A stretch of DNA of 64,000 bases from Candidatus Latescibacterota bacterium (GTDB taxonomy: Bacteria; Latescibacterota; UBA2968; UBA8231): positions 1,344,001 to 1,408,000 of the forward strand of contig OZ253462.1 of assembly GCA_965261395.1 (NCBI GenBank). Direction: 5' to 3'. Shown piece by piece: positions 43,253 to 53,662 of the stretch. Below the pieces are notes generated by a model. It saw nothing but the letters and a program-made list of their open reading frames with translations, had not been told where the DNA came from and ran no database searches. Both the position numbers and the translations under genes were made by a program. Positions within the stretch are counted from its first letter, which is position 1. The number at the start of each line of letters is the position of its first letter.

Positions 43253-45474
43253 TTGATACACTGTATCGCATTTAACAAGTGCCGCAGAATTTGTGCATAT
43301 GGCACCGCTTTTTTGTTATCGCTAAGCTTGGGATGTGCTACTGAGCCTGAGCACACAGCTCGCACCGAATCGCCAGAACCTCAATCCGTCTCGAATGCGG
43401 CCATAGCCGTGTATTTCGAGGATGTAGGTCAGACCTTGGGTCTGGACTTTGAGAATGTGTCGGGTGGTCCCGAGCAGGGCTACATACTGGAGACTATATC
43501 GGCGGGTGTGGCTTTTTTCGATAGCGATGAGGACGGTTATCTGGACATTTTTTTTGCCAATGGCATGCGCTTGGAAGGCGAGACGGTCGGCAACCACAGC
43601 CGGCTCTATCGCAGCACTGAGGCGGCAACAGGCGAACGCGTCTTCAAGGATGTAAGTCAGCAGGCCGGTGTCGATTACAGCGGCTGGGGTATGGGCTGTG
43701 CGGTGGGCGACTACGACAACGACGGGGACGCCGATATCTATGTAGCCAATGACTCGGAAGTCAATGTCCTCTATCGGAACGACGGGAACTGGAACTTGGT
43801 CGATACCGCCATCCCGATGGGGGTAGGCTTTAGCGAAGGAGGGCGGGCTCAAGCCGGCATGGGCATCCACGGCGGCGACTACGACAACGACGGCGATCCA
43901 GATTTGTTGGTGGCTAATCTAAACGATCGGCCGGCGTTGTTGCGCAACGATGGAGGTAATGCTCATAACTGGCTGGGCTTGAAACTGGTGGGCGTGCAGA
44001 GCAACAAGGATGCCATCGGCGCGCGCGTGCGGGTGTGGGCAGGAGACCTAGTGCAAACAAAGGAAGTGCAGCGCGGGTACGGTTTTCACAGTCAACACGA
44101 TGAGCGCCTGTTGTTTGGTCTGGGCCGGGCGACGAGTGTGGACCAGGTAGAGATTCGCTGGTCTTCAGGCCTAAAACAGGTAATCCGCAATCCTCTGCTG
44201 CGTCGCTATCTGATCGTACACGAAGGCAGCGACCAGATAGCGGCCGGGACTGAAGTGCCGGCTGTGGCGCCGGCTGTGAGAGCATCGGCTTCTCAAGTCA
44301 GAGAATCCGATGTCGTACCGCAGGTCACAGGGGCACCGGATTGGGGGCCGGCAGATTATCGCCGCTCCAGCGAGGTTCTCTTCAAACAGGGCCGCTATCT
44401 CGAGGCGCAAGCTATGTTGCAAAAAGCCTTGGAACAGGACCCGGAGTATATCCCGGCCATACATCAACTTGGGCTTGGTGCTCTTTTCCGGCTTGGGTGA
44501 GTTTGATGCGGCGCGCAAGGTGCTGGAACAAGCCGTGCAGATAAAACCAACGCGGGCTGATGCCCACCATTTGCTGGGTAAGGTCTATCTGCACCAGCAG
44601 CGGCTGCCCGAGGCAATCAAGGCGCTCGGACAGGCGACCCTGCTAAAACCACAAGATTGGGAACATGCTCACTGGTTGGGGCTAGCCTACCTGCGAGCTG
44701 ATAGTCTAGTGGCCGCTGCTGGTGCCTTTAGAGATGCGGCCCGGCGCGGTTTGGGATCCCAAACCGCACTTGCATCTGGCCCAGTTGTACGCAAGCAAGG
44801 GACAGCATGAACAGGCTGTCAAAGAGCAGGCGCTGTTTGAGCGTTTAAGTCTAGTCCAGAATCGGGTGGAACTCTATGAGAAAAAGGTCGCCGATTATCC
44901 AAAGAATGCCCGGGCCCATTACCTATTGGGATTGACCTACGTCGAACAGGGGCGCTTGGCGCTGGGATTGCAGTTCTTTGAACGCGCCCTTGCACTAGAT
45001 CCTTCCTATGCCCCGGCCTTTCACGGTAAGGGGCGGGTATTGTACCAGCGCAACCAAATAGCGCAGGCCATCCGCGCCTACGAACGGGCTTGCCAACTAG
45101 ATACGCAGCTCTATGATGCCTTCAACGATCTGGGCCAAGCCTATCACCAGAGCGGTCGCTATGATCGGGCTGTGACCGCATACCGGCGGTCCTTGGAGAT
45201 TAAACCGGATCTGGCGTTGGTCCACAGCAATCTGGGCATGGCCTATGCCATGCAGGGAAATTTCAACGCTGCCACTACATCATTTAAGCGCAGTATTGAG
45301 CTCGACCCCGAGGCAGCGGATACAAGAGATGCGCTGGCGCAAGTCTATGCGGCCCAGAAAAATTGGTCGCAAGCGATAGCCCAGTGGGAAGCCGTATTGC
45401 GCTTGGCACCTGATCACGCTGGCGCGGCTCAAGGGATCCACCAGGCGCGTCAGCGGCTGGCAGGGCAACGCTAG
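43253..45474 (+). pseudogene. CRTAC1/ASPIC-UnbV + TPR protein, frameshifted
   Basis: FG-GAP-like 'GDYDNDGD' repeats, 'SNKDAIGARV...LFGLG' ASPIC domain; TPRs continue across frameshifts near 44459 and 44745. Confidence 0.82.
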
Positions 45475-45595
45475 GGCGAAGACTACACTTGGGGGAACCG
45501 CTCCACAATGCATCGGCTGTAGCACGTGCATTCGGATGGTGGGCTTCTGTGGGTGTTTGCAGCGGGGCTGTTCGCCGTGGCAGTCCGATTTCAAA

Positions 45596-46012
45596 CTATT
45601 CTTTTCGCAGCTCTTCCGTTGCTAGCGGTATTTTTTCAATCCCCACGCGCTTGGCCACCTCAAACAGATCCAGTAGGTACTTATGCGGGGTCTCCTGATC
45701 GGTCCGCACTACCAGCGTTAGACTCCGAGTACCTTCTTTTTCCCGCAAAAGGACCTGTTCCAAATTGTCCAAAGTCACAAGATGGCGGTTGATCTCCATG
45801 CGGCCGTCTTGGGTGATCGATGCCACTAGTTTCTTCTCTTCGACAATCACCCCCTGTTGCGCTTCGGGTAATACGACTTGCAGGCTGTAGGGTTGCTTAA
45901 ACACCGTGGTTACCATAAAGAAAATCAGCAGCAAAAAGACGCAGTCGATCAGCGGCGTCATATTCAATTCTTGCTCTTCGTACAGGGATTTGCGTCTAGG
46001 CATCGGATTCAT
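45596..46012 (-). CDS. exbD: ExbD/TolR biopolymer transport protein
   Basis: 'NMTPLIDCVFLLLIFFMVTT'. Confidence 0.92.
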   Translation of the reverse strand: MNPMPRRKSLYEEQELNMTPLIDCVFLLLIFFMVTTVFKQPYSLQVVLPEAQQGVIVEEKKLVASITQDGRMEINRHLVTLDNLEQVLLREKEGTRSLTLVVRTDQETPHKYLLDLFEVAKRVGIEKIPLATEELRKE

Positions 46013-46425
46013 TCCTCCCGTTCCCGCACAAAAGCGATGCCCTCAACCCCGACCTCTTTGGCTCTATCCACCACAAACACTACGTGTTTCTGGGCACACT
46101 CGCCGTCGGCCTGAATAATGAGATTCTCGTTGTTGGCCTCTTCCATGGCCGTGACCAGCCGAGCCGCCAAGGCCGCCGGTGCCACGTCCTCGCCCTTGAT
46201 TTGGATCTTGCCATCGCGGTCCAGCAAGACGTTGATATCTTTCTTCTTTTCTTCCGTGGCTTCGCTTTCGGCCGGCATGTCCACTTCCAGCCCTTTGGTG
46301 TGTAGAAACACCGTGGTTACCATAAAGAAGATCAGCAGCAAGAAAACGCAGTCAATCAGCGGCGTCATATCCGGACCGCCTTCTGCGACAAAACTCTCAG
46401 ACCGATGTTTTCGGTGTCTGGCCAT
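46009..46425 (-). CDS. exbD: ExbD/TolR biopolymer transport protein
   Basis: 'DMTPLIDCVFLLLIFFMVTT', 'IIQAD'. Confidence 0.92.
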   Translation of the reverse strand: MARHRKHRSESFVAEGGPDMTPLIDCVFLLLIFFMVTTVFLHTKGLEVDMPAESEATEEKKKDINVLLDRDGKIQIKGEDVAPAALAARLVTAMEEANNENLIIQADGECAQKHVVFVVDRAKEVGVEGIAFVREREE

Positions 46426-46449
46426 GGGTTAACTCCTCCTAAGCAGGAG

Positions 46450-47196
46450 CTACTCTGTCGCGCCGGATTGTTGGCGCTGTCCCGTAGAAATAAGAGCATT
46501 GGCAAAGGCATGCCCGTACATCTCGGCATCTTCCAGTAGATTGTCCGCTTTGCGTGCCAGATAGCGGTACAATACAATCGTTGGAATGGCGACGATCAGT
46601 CCCGATGCTGTAGTGACCAAGGCTTGGGAAATACCGCCGGCAACGACTTTCGGGTCCCCTGCACCCGCTGTGGCGATGGATTCAAAGGCGATGATCATTC
46701 CCATAATGGTGCCGAGCAATCCCAACAAAGGGCTTATATTGCCAATGGTATTCAGGATCGCCAGATTTTTGCCCAAATAGGCCCGGGCGGCTCCCTCCGT
46801 CTGAATGACTAGCTCTTCTTTGAGATCGGCCAGTTCCCGTTGCATCACCATAAACCGGCCCACCGGCCCACCGCCGCCGGCGTCCGCTAGGCGGATGATC
46901 TCCTCGTTCGTCTCCTTGAATTCCCGCTGTTCGATCATCAGCGTATCGTATCGTTTCAACAGCGAAGCAAATACATAATTGAGCAGGCCCTTGCCTTGGT
47001 TGCACTCTTCCACGACGGCCTGTTCCCCGCCGTTGCGCAGCGCGTTTTCGAGCCGGTCTAGCTCATTTTGGGCTTCTTCAGGCGTGGGCAATTGCTTGAA
47101 GATCCACAGGCGTTCAATAGAATAGGCAATGGCCAGAATAGCACAGCCGATTAGGGGAACCATCATCGGACCGCCACTTTGAATTATATCCCACAT
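46450..47196 (-). CDS. exbB: MotA/TolQ/ExbB proton channel protein
   Basis: 'SPLLGLLGTI.GMI.AF', 'GISQALVTTA.GL.VAIP'. Confidence 0.92.
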   Translation of the reverse strand: MWDIIQSGGPMMVPLIGCAILAIAYSIERLWIFKQLPTPEEAQNELDRLENALRNGGEQAVVEECNQGKGLLNYVFASLLKRYDTLMIEQREFKETNEEIIRLADAGGGGPVGRFMVMQRELADLKEELVIQTEGAARAYLGKNLAILNTIGNISPLLGLLGTIMGMIIAFESIATAGAGDPKVVAGGISQALVTTASGLIVAIPTIVLYRYLARKADNLLEDAEMYGHAFANALISTGQRQQSGATE

Positions 47197-47228
47197 TGCT
47201 ACGGCTCCTTTTTGGCAAGAGAAGAGTT

Positions 47229-48170
47229 CTAGTCGTCTTCTTTGGCGTTTCTATTTCTAGATAAACGCTGTCCTATGCGCAAACCGGTATCGATGACACC
47301 GAATTTCTCAACGACCTCGGCCTTGCACAAGTGCGGCCCGATAATCTGATGCACTCTGACTAGCGCGATTCGGATCTCTTTATTATACAGCGGCAGGACA
47401 TCGCCGTACTCGACGCGATCCAAGATGCCGATGCCTAGATACACCTCGTCGTCCTCCACAGCTAGGACCTGGGCCTGCTCGCTGGAAAGGTCGATGGGGG
47501 GGCGCTCTATCAGACTCGTAATCATTTGGCTGCTGAGGTCTCTGAAGGTGACATCGACGAGCTCGCCAAAGGCCAACTCAAAAAAACGCTCGGAACCGAA
47601 GTCAACCTTGAAGAGTTCGCGGAATACCCGATCCTGTTCGCGCGGCCGCCCGAATAGATTCAGGCCGTACGACTTTTCCGTGGAGTCTCTGAGCGTTTCA
47701 AAGGTCTCGACTATTTCTCCGGTCGCTACTCTGATTAGCTCCACTTGGCTGAGGTGGATCACTGAATTGTAGGATTTATAGCCGGCCAAATTAGGATTTC
47801 CCACTGTCACGCGACGCATGCCCAGTTGCTCCACGACACCGGTAATGACCACGTCAGCATCCAAGAACTGCCCCAGCCGCACAGCCCGGTCAATGCCGTG
47901 GTATTTTTTAAACTGTTTGTTTAGTTGAACGGCCTCGACTTCCTGTGTAGGAATGACAGAGACCGCATCGTCTGCGTCCAGATATTGGCCTAGCAAATCA
48001 GGCACCTCCCTCGACAAGTGCCATTCCGCCTGAAAACCGGCTCGGTCCTCAAAATCGAGCAGGGCGAGGCGCAGGGTCGGCAGCGGTCCCTCGGCAGCGA
48101 CCGCCACGTCGAGCACTAGGAGGTCAGCACCTGCCCAAGTGCAAAAGAATAAAATGATTAGCGAACGCAA
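47229..48170 (-). CDS. Exported protein with CsgG/TolB-N-like domain
   Basis: Signal peptide, 'RLALLDFED', 'AVRLGQFLDADVVITG.V'. Confidence 0.55.
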   Translation of the reverse strand: MRSLIILFFCTWAGADLLVLDVAVAAEGPLPTLRLALLDFEDRAGFQAEWHLSREVPDLLGQYLDADDAVSVIPTQEVEAVQLNKQFKKYHGIDRAVRLGQFLDADVVITGVVEQLGMRRVTVGNPNLAGYKSYNSVIHLSQVELIRVATGEIVETFETLRDSTEKSYGLNLFGRPREQDRVFRELFKVDFGSERFFELAFGELVDVTFRDLSSQMITSLIERPPIDLSSEQAQVLAVEDDEVYLGIGILDRVEYGDVLPLYNKEIRIALVRVHQIIGPHLCKAEVVEKFGVIDTGLRIGQRLSRNRNAKEDD

Positions 48171-48178
48171 TGGGCCAA

Positions 48179-48937
48179 CTACCTGTCCGCTGCCTCAGCT
48201 TGCCGCACTTTTTCGGTTGCGATCTTTTGATCGAACTCGAGGGCGATATCCACGGTTTCCAGCGGCTGTCCGGAGGCGTCGAATTTCAGGACAAAATCTT
48301 TGAGTACCAGGCGTACCTGGCGCACTTCCTCGTTCAGTGGATCGAAGGCGATGAGCCCCGAATATTTCTCTCCTTTGAACACCTTTTGGTTTTCTATATA
48401 GGCCGTGCTACGCGCATTGCCCATGCGCAGGTCAAAGCGATAAAATTCGTTGCCGCTCTGACCCCGAATGGCCCGGTAGTAGCGCTCAAAACTTTTGTGC
48501 GGCGAAAAAGACGGCAGACCATAGGAATGCATGACCTCGCCCTGATCGGTGTAGAGCAACGCTTTGATCGGATCGAGCAGGACTTTGGCGTAGATATCGT
48601 TGATAATCGTAATGCGAAAAACCGTAAAACGCTTGGGTCTGTAGCCCAACAGCGGATCAATCCAATTGCCGTAGGTGTAGGGATTCGTCGAGAACATCCC
48701 TTTGCTCGAATCCTCGGGCAACAGGGCATTCAATTGATCGTCCGTCATAGGGTCCACTTTGACGCGCAATCCCTCTATGGCATACGCGGCCGACCCGTCT
48801 TCACCCACGATATACTGTTCCTCTGTACCTTGGGAAGAACGGGGTATCAGCTCGTTTTTGTACAGAATGGTCGGCGGTATAAAAAAGCTGCAGCCGGACG
48901 CGAATAACATTAGCATAATTCCCAAATGCATGGCCAT
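48179..48937 (-). CDS. Hypothetical lipoprotein
   Basis: Lipobox 'FASGC'; in operon; AGAGG RBS. Confidence 0.7.
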   Translation of the reverse strand: MAMHLGIMLMLFASGCSFFIPPTILYKNELIPRSSQGTEEQYIVGEDGSAAYAIEGLRVKVDPMTDDQLNALLPEDSSKGMFSTNPYTYGNWIDPLLGYRPKRFTVFRITIINDIYAKVLLDPIKALLYTDQGEVMHSYGLPSFSPHKSFERYYRAIRGQSGNEFYRFDLRMGNARSTAYIENQKVFKGEKYSGLIAFDPLNEEVRQVRLVLKDFVLKFDASGQPLETVDIALEFDQKIATEKVRQAEAADR

Positions 48938-48945
48938 TACCTCTC

Positions 48946-50181
48946 TTATTGGCCCCGCTGGCTGAAGAAATCGATCTGCTGCTGGGCAATAGATCCTTCC
49001 TGCGTCAGGGCAAAAATAACGGCGTTAATGCCAAATCTTAGTTGTGGCTCATTGCCGTAATCGCGTGCCCAGGTATGGACATATCCCTTGTCGGAGTACA
49101 TGGCTACGAGGCGATCTCCCAGGAAAACACCTTCTAGGTAATACGATTGCTCGGCGATGACTAAGTGATCAAGGCTGCGCTGTTCGGAAAAGCTGGGAAT
49201 TTCCAGTTCGGAGCCGACCGGCGGGCCGTCAAAATCGTAAAAGGTATGATAGATCGGATGATTGTTGGAAATGGGCCGCAGTTGGCCTTGCGCCCCCAAG
49301 GCACCGCGAAAGATGCGTCGCAAAGACGCCTCCCCCTGACTGAATTCTGTGGTGGGATTGGCATTGTCGACAAATATGAATCCGCCCCGACGCAAATATT
49401 CCCCTAGATTCTCTAGTTCGCGTTCCGTCAGTTCAAAGGCCTCCGTGGCGGTGATGTACACAAAAGGGGTGCGAAACAGTTCTTGGGAATCGATAAATAA
49501 ATGCGCGTCCACTCTAGCCGATATACCCGTCTGTTCGTTGAGGGCGTCGACTAGGTTGGGGATGGCCTTAGCAGCGCTGTCAAAAGTTGGCTTTAGGTCG
49601 TTTGCCCAAGCCGTACCCAGATAGACAAACCCCTTGACTTTGCGGCGGTCGGTCGGGTCCTGGATGATAAGACCCTTGTATTTGCCCGTATCTAGCGCGT
49701 TCAGGTCGATCAGTTCCTCGCGCATGGCAATGCGCTTTTCCGGATCTTTGGTCCCGGTGATCTTGGCGGCGGACAATTCGATGGAGTTAGTCTTCAGGTT
49801 GATTAGCACGTCTGCTTGCAGGGTGTATTCGAACGTTTGGACATTGCCAAAAACACTGGAGCCTTTGAGGCGCGGAGCCGCCGACGTGGACAGACGCGGC
49901 TTGAGTGCCGTGACCTGTTTGGTGAGGGCCCGTGGCCGGAGCCGTTGACGCTTGAGCGCAAAAGTCTTGGTAGCCCTAGGTTTGCGAATGATGAGTCGGG
50001 TCAACGCCGGTTCCGGCGCGGCACGCTCCTCGACACTCAATACCCAATAGACGAAGACCCCGGCGATCAGTCCCGCACCGACGAGTAACCCCCAGACGGT
50101 GTACTTGAGGGTTTCCCGCAGGAGGTGGTTAAAGTTTAGCTGATCACTTGGCGCTTGAAAACGGCCTAGGTCTGAGACCAT
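48946..50181 (-). CDS. Membrane-anchored DUF4159 domain protein
   Basis: N-terminal TM, 'PFVYIT...E.ENL.EYL..GGF.F.D', 'HPIYH.FYDF', 'G.N...FAL'. Confidence 0.78.
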   Translation of the reverse strand: MVSDLGRFQAPSDQLNFNHLLRETLKYTVWGLLVGAGLIAGVFVYWVLSVEERAAPEPALTRLIIRKPRATKTFALKRQRLRPRALTKQVTALKPRLSTSAAPRLKGSSVFGNVQTFEYTLQADVLINLKTNSIELSAAKITGTKDPEKRIAMREELIDLNALDTGKYKGLIIQDPTDRRKVKGFVYLGTAWANDLKPTFDSAAKAIPNLVDALNEQTGISARVDAHLFIDSQELFRTPFVYITATEAFELTERELENLGEYLRRGGFIFVDNANPTTEFSQGEASLRRIFRGALGAQGQLRPISNNHPIYHTFYDFDGPPVGSELEIPSFSEQRSLDHLVIAEQSYYLEGVFLGDRLVAMYSDKGYVHTWARDYGNEPQLRFGINAVIFALTQEGSIAQQQIDFFSQRGQ

Positions 50182-50233
50182 ACTACGCCACTCCTGCTAA
50201 GTTCATGCTCGGAAGGTGTGGTTGGGAGGCATT

Positions 50234-50605
50234 CTAAAAAACCGCCAACGTATCTACTGTCGAGCGCGGTCCGAAAAACAGGCGGGCATCTACTGCCCAC
50301 ACCTGGATCAGATACCAGACTCCCGGGCTCAGATCCAAGTCTGCCTCCTCGTAGGACCTTGCCCCCGCATCTTCCAACGAGCGCGTTTTCACAACTCCAA
50401 TCGGATCGGTGAAGCTAATGACAAAACCGGATACATTAGCTGCTGAGTCCAAATGCCATGAAACCACAATTCTGCCTTCTTCAGCCACGGCCTCCACACT
50501 GGTAGGCTGAGCAAGATAGCCTCGGTGGTACTGCATAGGCAGTTCCGTGTCGTTGCTGCACCCCCAGATCAGCAGACCGAGTAAAAGATAACTTCGCGTT
50601 CCCAT
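50234..50605 (-). CDS. Small FN3-like lipoprotein
   Basis: Lipobox 'IWGC', 'VSW', 'LSPGVWY.IQV.AVD'. Confidence 0.65.
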   Translation of the reverse strand: MGTRSYLLLGLLIWGCSNDTELPMQYHRGYLAQPTSVEAVAEEGRIVVSWHLDSAANVSGFVISFTDPIGVVKTRSLEDAGARSYEEADLDLSPGVWYLIQVWAVDARLFFGPRSTVDTLAVF

Positions 50606-50630
50606 ATCCAGTTTCTCCCTAGACCAGATA

Positions 50631-51197
50631 CTAAAACCGGGCGACCATCAAAACGCCTGGTGTTCTGGTCTGCGGCAATAGCGCGATGCGCATTCTCCGC
50701 TTCGCGGCGGGTGCCGCCCCGTCCAACAGCAGGACATCGAGCAAATTGTAGCCGTAAATACCCACGGCTAAGACGCCGAAGAGGCGGCGACGAATATGGG
50801 AGCCGTCCAGATCGGATTTTAAATTACCGAGCCGTCGCCAGCTTTTTTCCGCCACGTCAAAGGACCCCCCGTTTTGCAGCGAAAGATAGCGTTCTTTTTC
50901 TAGGGCGAACTGATCGGCCTGCGTATTGTAGTCGGCGTGCGAGGTGAGCCACCCGACTATGGTGACGATACCGGTTGCCACCAGTGCCGTGCCCTTGATT
51001 CGCTGCCCGGTAGCCAGTTGTCCCAAACCCGGAAAGGCAACCGAAAGGGCGATGATCCGAGAATGGGATATATCGTTTGAGGCCGCCTTGGGCCGGATAT
51101 CCGTCTCTGCTTGGGCATGAAGGAGCTGGTTGGAGGCCAGCATCAAGGCGCTACCCAGAATGACCAAGTGCCAGCGTTGTCTGAAGCGCATTCCCAT
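50631..51197 (-). CDS. Hypothetical membrane/exported protein (DUF5683-like)
   Basis: 'LS..FPGLGQ...G...KG', 'YGYNLLD'. Confidence 0.6.
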   Translation of the reverse strand: MGMRFRQRWHLVILGSALMLASNQLLHAQAETDIRPKAASNDISHSRIIALSVAFPGLGQLATGQRIKGTALVATGIVTIVGWLTSHADYNTQADQFALEKERYLSLQNGGSFDVAEKSWRRLGNLKSDLDGSHIRRRLFGVLAVGIYGYNLLDVLLLDGAAPAAKRRMRIALLPQTRTPGVLMVARF

Positions 51198-51216
51198 TGT
51201 TATACGACCTTCCACT

Positions 51217-51513
51217 TCAGAGCCGGGTGGAGACAATCCAATCCCGGTGGGATTGGGCAAATAGAAAGGCATCCCTAGTGGCGCGTTTATCCTCGAACAA
51301 CTGAATCACTCGGTCGTACGCTTCTACGGCCTGCCGCCATTTTCCCAGCCCCTCCAAGCAGACGCCCATATTGCTCAGCGCGCCGATTTCGCTCTCGGTG
51401 CCGGGATAATTGTCGATCACATCCTGAAAAATCTCCACGGCCTGCTGATAATACTGGGTCTCCTTGGTCGCTTCGGCCGAGTCCATCAGAGCGATGCCTT
51501 GTTCGTAGCGTTC
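51217..51513 (-). pseudogene. 3' fragment of a TPR (BamD/YbgF-like) protein
   Basis: 'YQQAVEIFQDVIDNYP', 'WRQAVEAYDRVI'; no native 5' end, abuts an opposite-strand fragment. Confidence 0.7.
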
Positions 51514-51514
51514 A

Positions 51515-52809
51515 TTTAGGAATCCGATCATGTGGGCGGGCTTTGCCATTCCCTTCTTCATCGGCTCTATCCGCGCCTTGCACAACTACTACGACTTTGT
51601 CCCCGATATCGTTCTGGTCACCAGCATCCCGCTTTTCCGCAATACAACCAACCTACAGATCGCCCTGAGCTTCCCCATGGTGGGTTTCGCCTTTCTGGTC
51701 AATCTCGATATCGCTTTTAGTATCTGGTTTTTTAACCTAGTCGGCCGCGTCCAGGAAGGTACCCTTGGTATTCTGGGTGTGGCGAGTACAGAAAATCTCG
51801 ATTTCGCCACCATCCCCATCTTCGCCCACCAGGGCATGGGTGCCATGATCGTGCTGGTGTTCTTTAGCCTGTGGATGGCCCGCCGGCATCTGGTGCGGGT
51901 TTTCCGCAAGGCGTTCATGGGGCTCCCGGATGTCGATGATTCGGACGAGATGCTCTCCTACCGGACCGCTGTTTTCGGCCTTATAGCCACGAGCCTTTTT
52001 ATCGGGGTTTGGCTGGCATTGGCGGGTTTGGCGTGGTGGGTGGTGCCCATCTATTTATTCGCCATGTTCACGCTGTTCGTCGGCATTACCCGGGTTGTGG
52101 CCGAAGGCGGTATTGCCGCCACCCGGGCACCGCTGATCGCCTCGGATTTTGTCACCTCGGGTCTGGGCTCTGCAGTGCTCGGAGGCCAGACCCTCACGGC
52201 GCTAAGTTTCACGTATGTTTGGGCCGCTGATATCCGCACCTTTGTTCTGGCGTCCTGCGCCAATGGCCTCAAATTGGCCGAAGAGTATTTAAGCGGGAGC
52301 AAACGGGCACTTTTTGCCGCCATCATGCTGTCTATCTGCATTAGTCTGGGAGCTTCGATCTGGATCGTACTCTATCTGAGCTATACTTACGGGGGTGTCA
52401 TCTAGAGCCTTGGTTTTTCATCAGCGGCCCCCAAGTGCCCTTCAAATTTGTGGCGCGCGAGTTCCATACGCTAGACGGTCCCGATCTGGTAGGCTGGATC
52501 TCGACCCTAGTCGGCGGTGGGGTCATGGCCTTGCTGCTGATCGCGCGTCAGCACCTGTTCTGGTGGCCCCTGCATCCGCTCGGGTATGTCGTCAGCGCCA
52601 GCACCTACCTGACCAACTACATTTCTTTCAGTGTCTTTTTGGCTTGGCTAATCAAAGCCGTCATTCTCAAGTACGGAGGCCCGACCTATTTTCGGCAGGC
52701 CTGCCCTTTCTTTTTGGGATTGATTCTAGGCCAGTTTTCCGTGGCCGGGGCGTGGCTGGTTATCGACTACTTTACGGGCATGACCGGCAATTCCATCTAC
52801 TGGGTATAG
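51515..52809 (+). pseudogene. 3' two-thirds of a second DUF6785-like membrane protein, with frameshift
   Basis: Colinear with the 30127 protein from 'RNPIMWAGF' onward. One base is missing near 52400 (YGGV/NLEPW versus YGGINLGGW). Confidence 0.82.
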
Positions 52810-52815
52810 ACTCCC

Positions 52816-53541
52816 TCAGCCTTCGTCGTATCCCTTTACAGGCCGCGCCCAGATATTGCGATAGCGCACTAGGTCGCCGTGATCTTGCAAGCGGAGCGGG
52901 CCGGTGGGGGGATGCGCTTCGTAGCGATAGACGCCGCGATGGCCCGTGGGGCCTAAGACCTCGACGTGATGGTGGACTAAGACGCCGTTGTGGATCAAAG
53001 TGAGATAGGCCGGGCTGACCAGCTCGGGGCCGTTGAAGCGCGGAGCCGTCCAGAAGATATCGTAGGTCTGCCATTCGCCGGGCGGGCGGCAGGCGTTGAC
53101 CAGCGGCGGGTACTCGCCATAGACGGCGGCTGTGGTGCCGTCGGCGTACGTGGGGTTGTCGTACCCGTCGAGGACTTGGATCTCGTATAGGCTCATGAGG
53201 AAGACGCCGCTGTTGCCGCGCCCTTGGCTCTCGCCTTTGACCTCGCTGGGGCAGGCGAATTCGAGGTGGTACTGGACGTCGCCAAAGCGCGCCGTGCTCA
53301 CTATGTCGCCGGTGCGGGGCACGACCTCCATGTATCCGTCGGCCATCTGCCAGGGGGCGTCGCCGCCGTTGGCGCTCTGCCAGCCGTCGAGGCTGGTCCC
53401 GTCGAAGAGGACGATCGCATCTGAGGGGAGGCTGTTGTCGCTGCCGGGCGTCACCACTGCTGGGGCGGGCCGCCGGTGATCGTGGACGCAATAGGGAGAG
53501 TTGGGTAGCAGAGGGGTGTCGTCGTACCCTGATTTGCCCAT
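52816..53541 (-). CDS. DUF1080 (3-keto-disaccharide hydrolase-like) protein
   Basis: 'LFDGTSLDGW', 'GNSGVF', 'YEIQVLD', 'LQDHG..VRYRNIW'. Confidence 0.9.
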   Translation of the reverse strand: MGKSGYDDTPLLPNSPYCVHDHRRPAPAVVTPGSDNSLPSDAIVLFDGTSLDGWQSANGGDAPWQMADGYMEVVPRTGDIVSTARFGDVQYHLEFACPSEVKGESQGRGNSGVFLMSLYEIQVLDGYDNPTYADGTTAAVYGEYPPLVNACRPPGEWQTYDIFWTAPRFNGPELVSPAYLTLIHNGVLVHHHVEVLGPTGHRGVYRYEAHPPTGPLRLQDHGDLVRYRNIWARPVKGYDEG

Positions 53542-53662
53542 TTAGACAAGCTCCTTGTTGGGGTTAGATAGGTTGGGATATAAAGGGAGCAGGACGCGCT
53601 CGCGTCAATAGCTCGCCGTTGTGCATTACATTATATTAAGTGCCATTCAACGGGAGGACGTG

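Noticed and set aside
45895-46370. Near-identical ~65-bp blocks in the two exbD genes
   Set aside because: They encode the conserved TM motif of paralogues; not a mobile or regulatory repeat.
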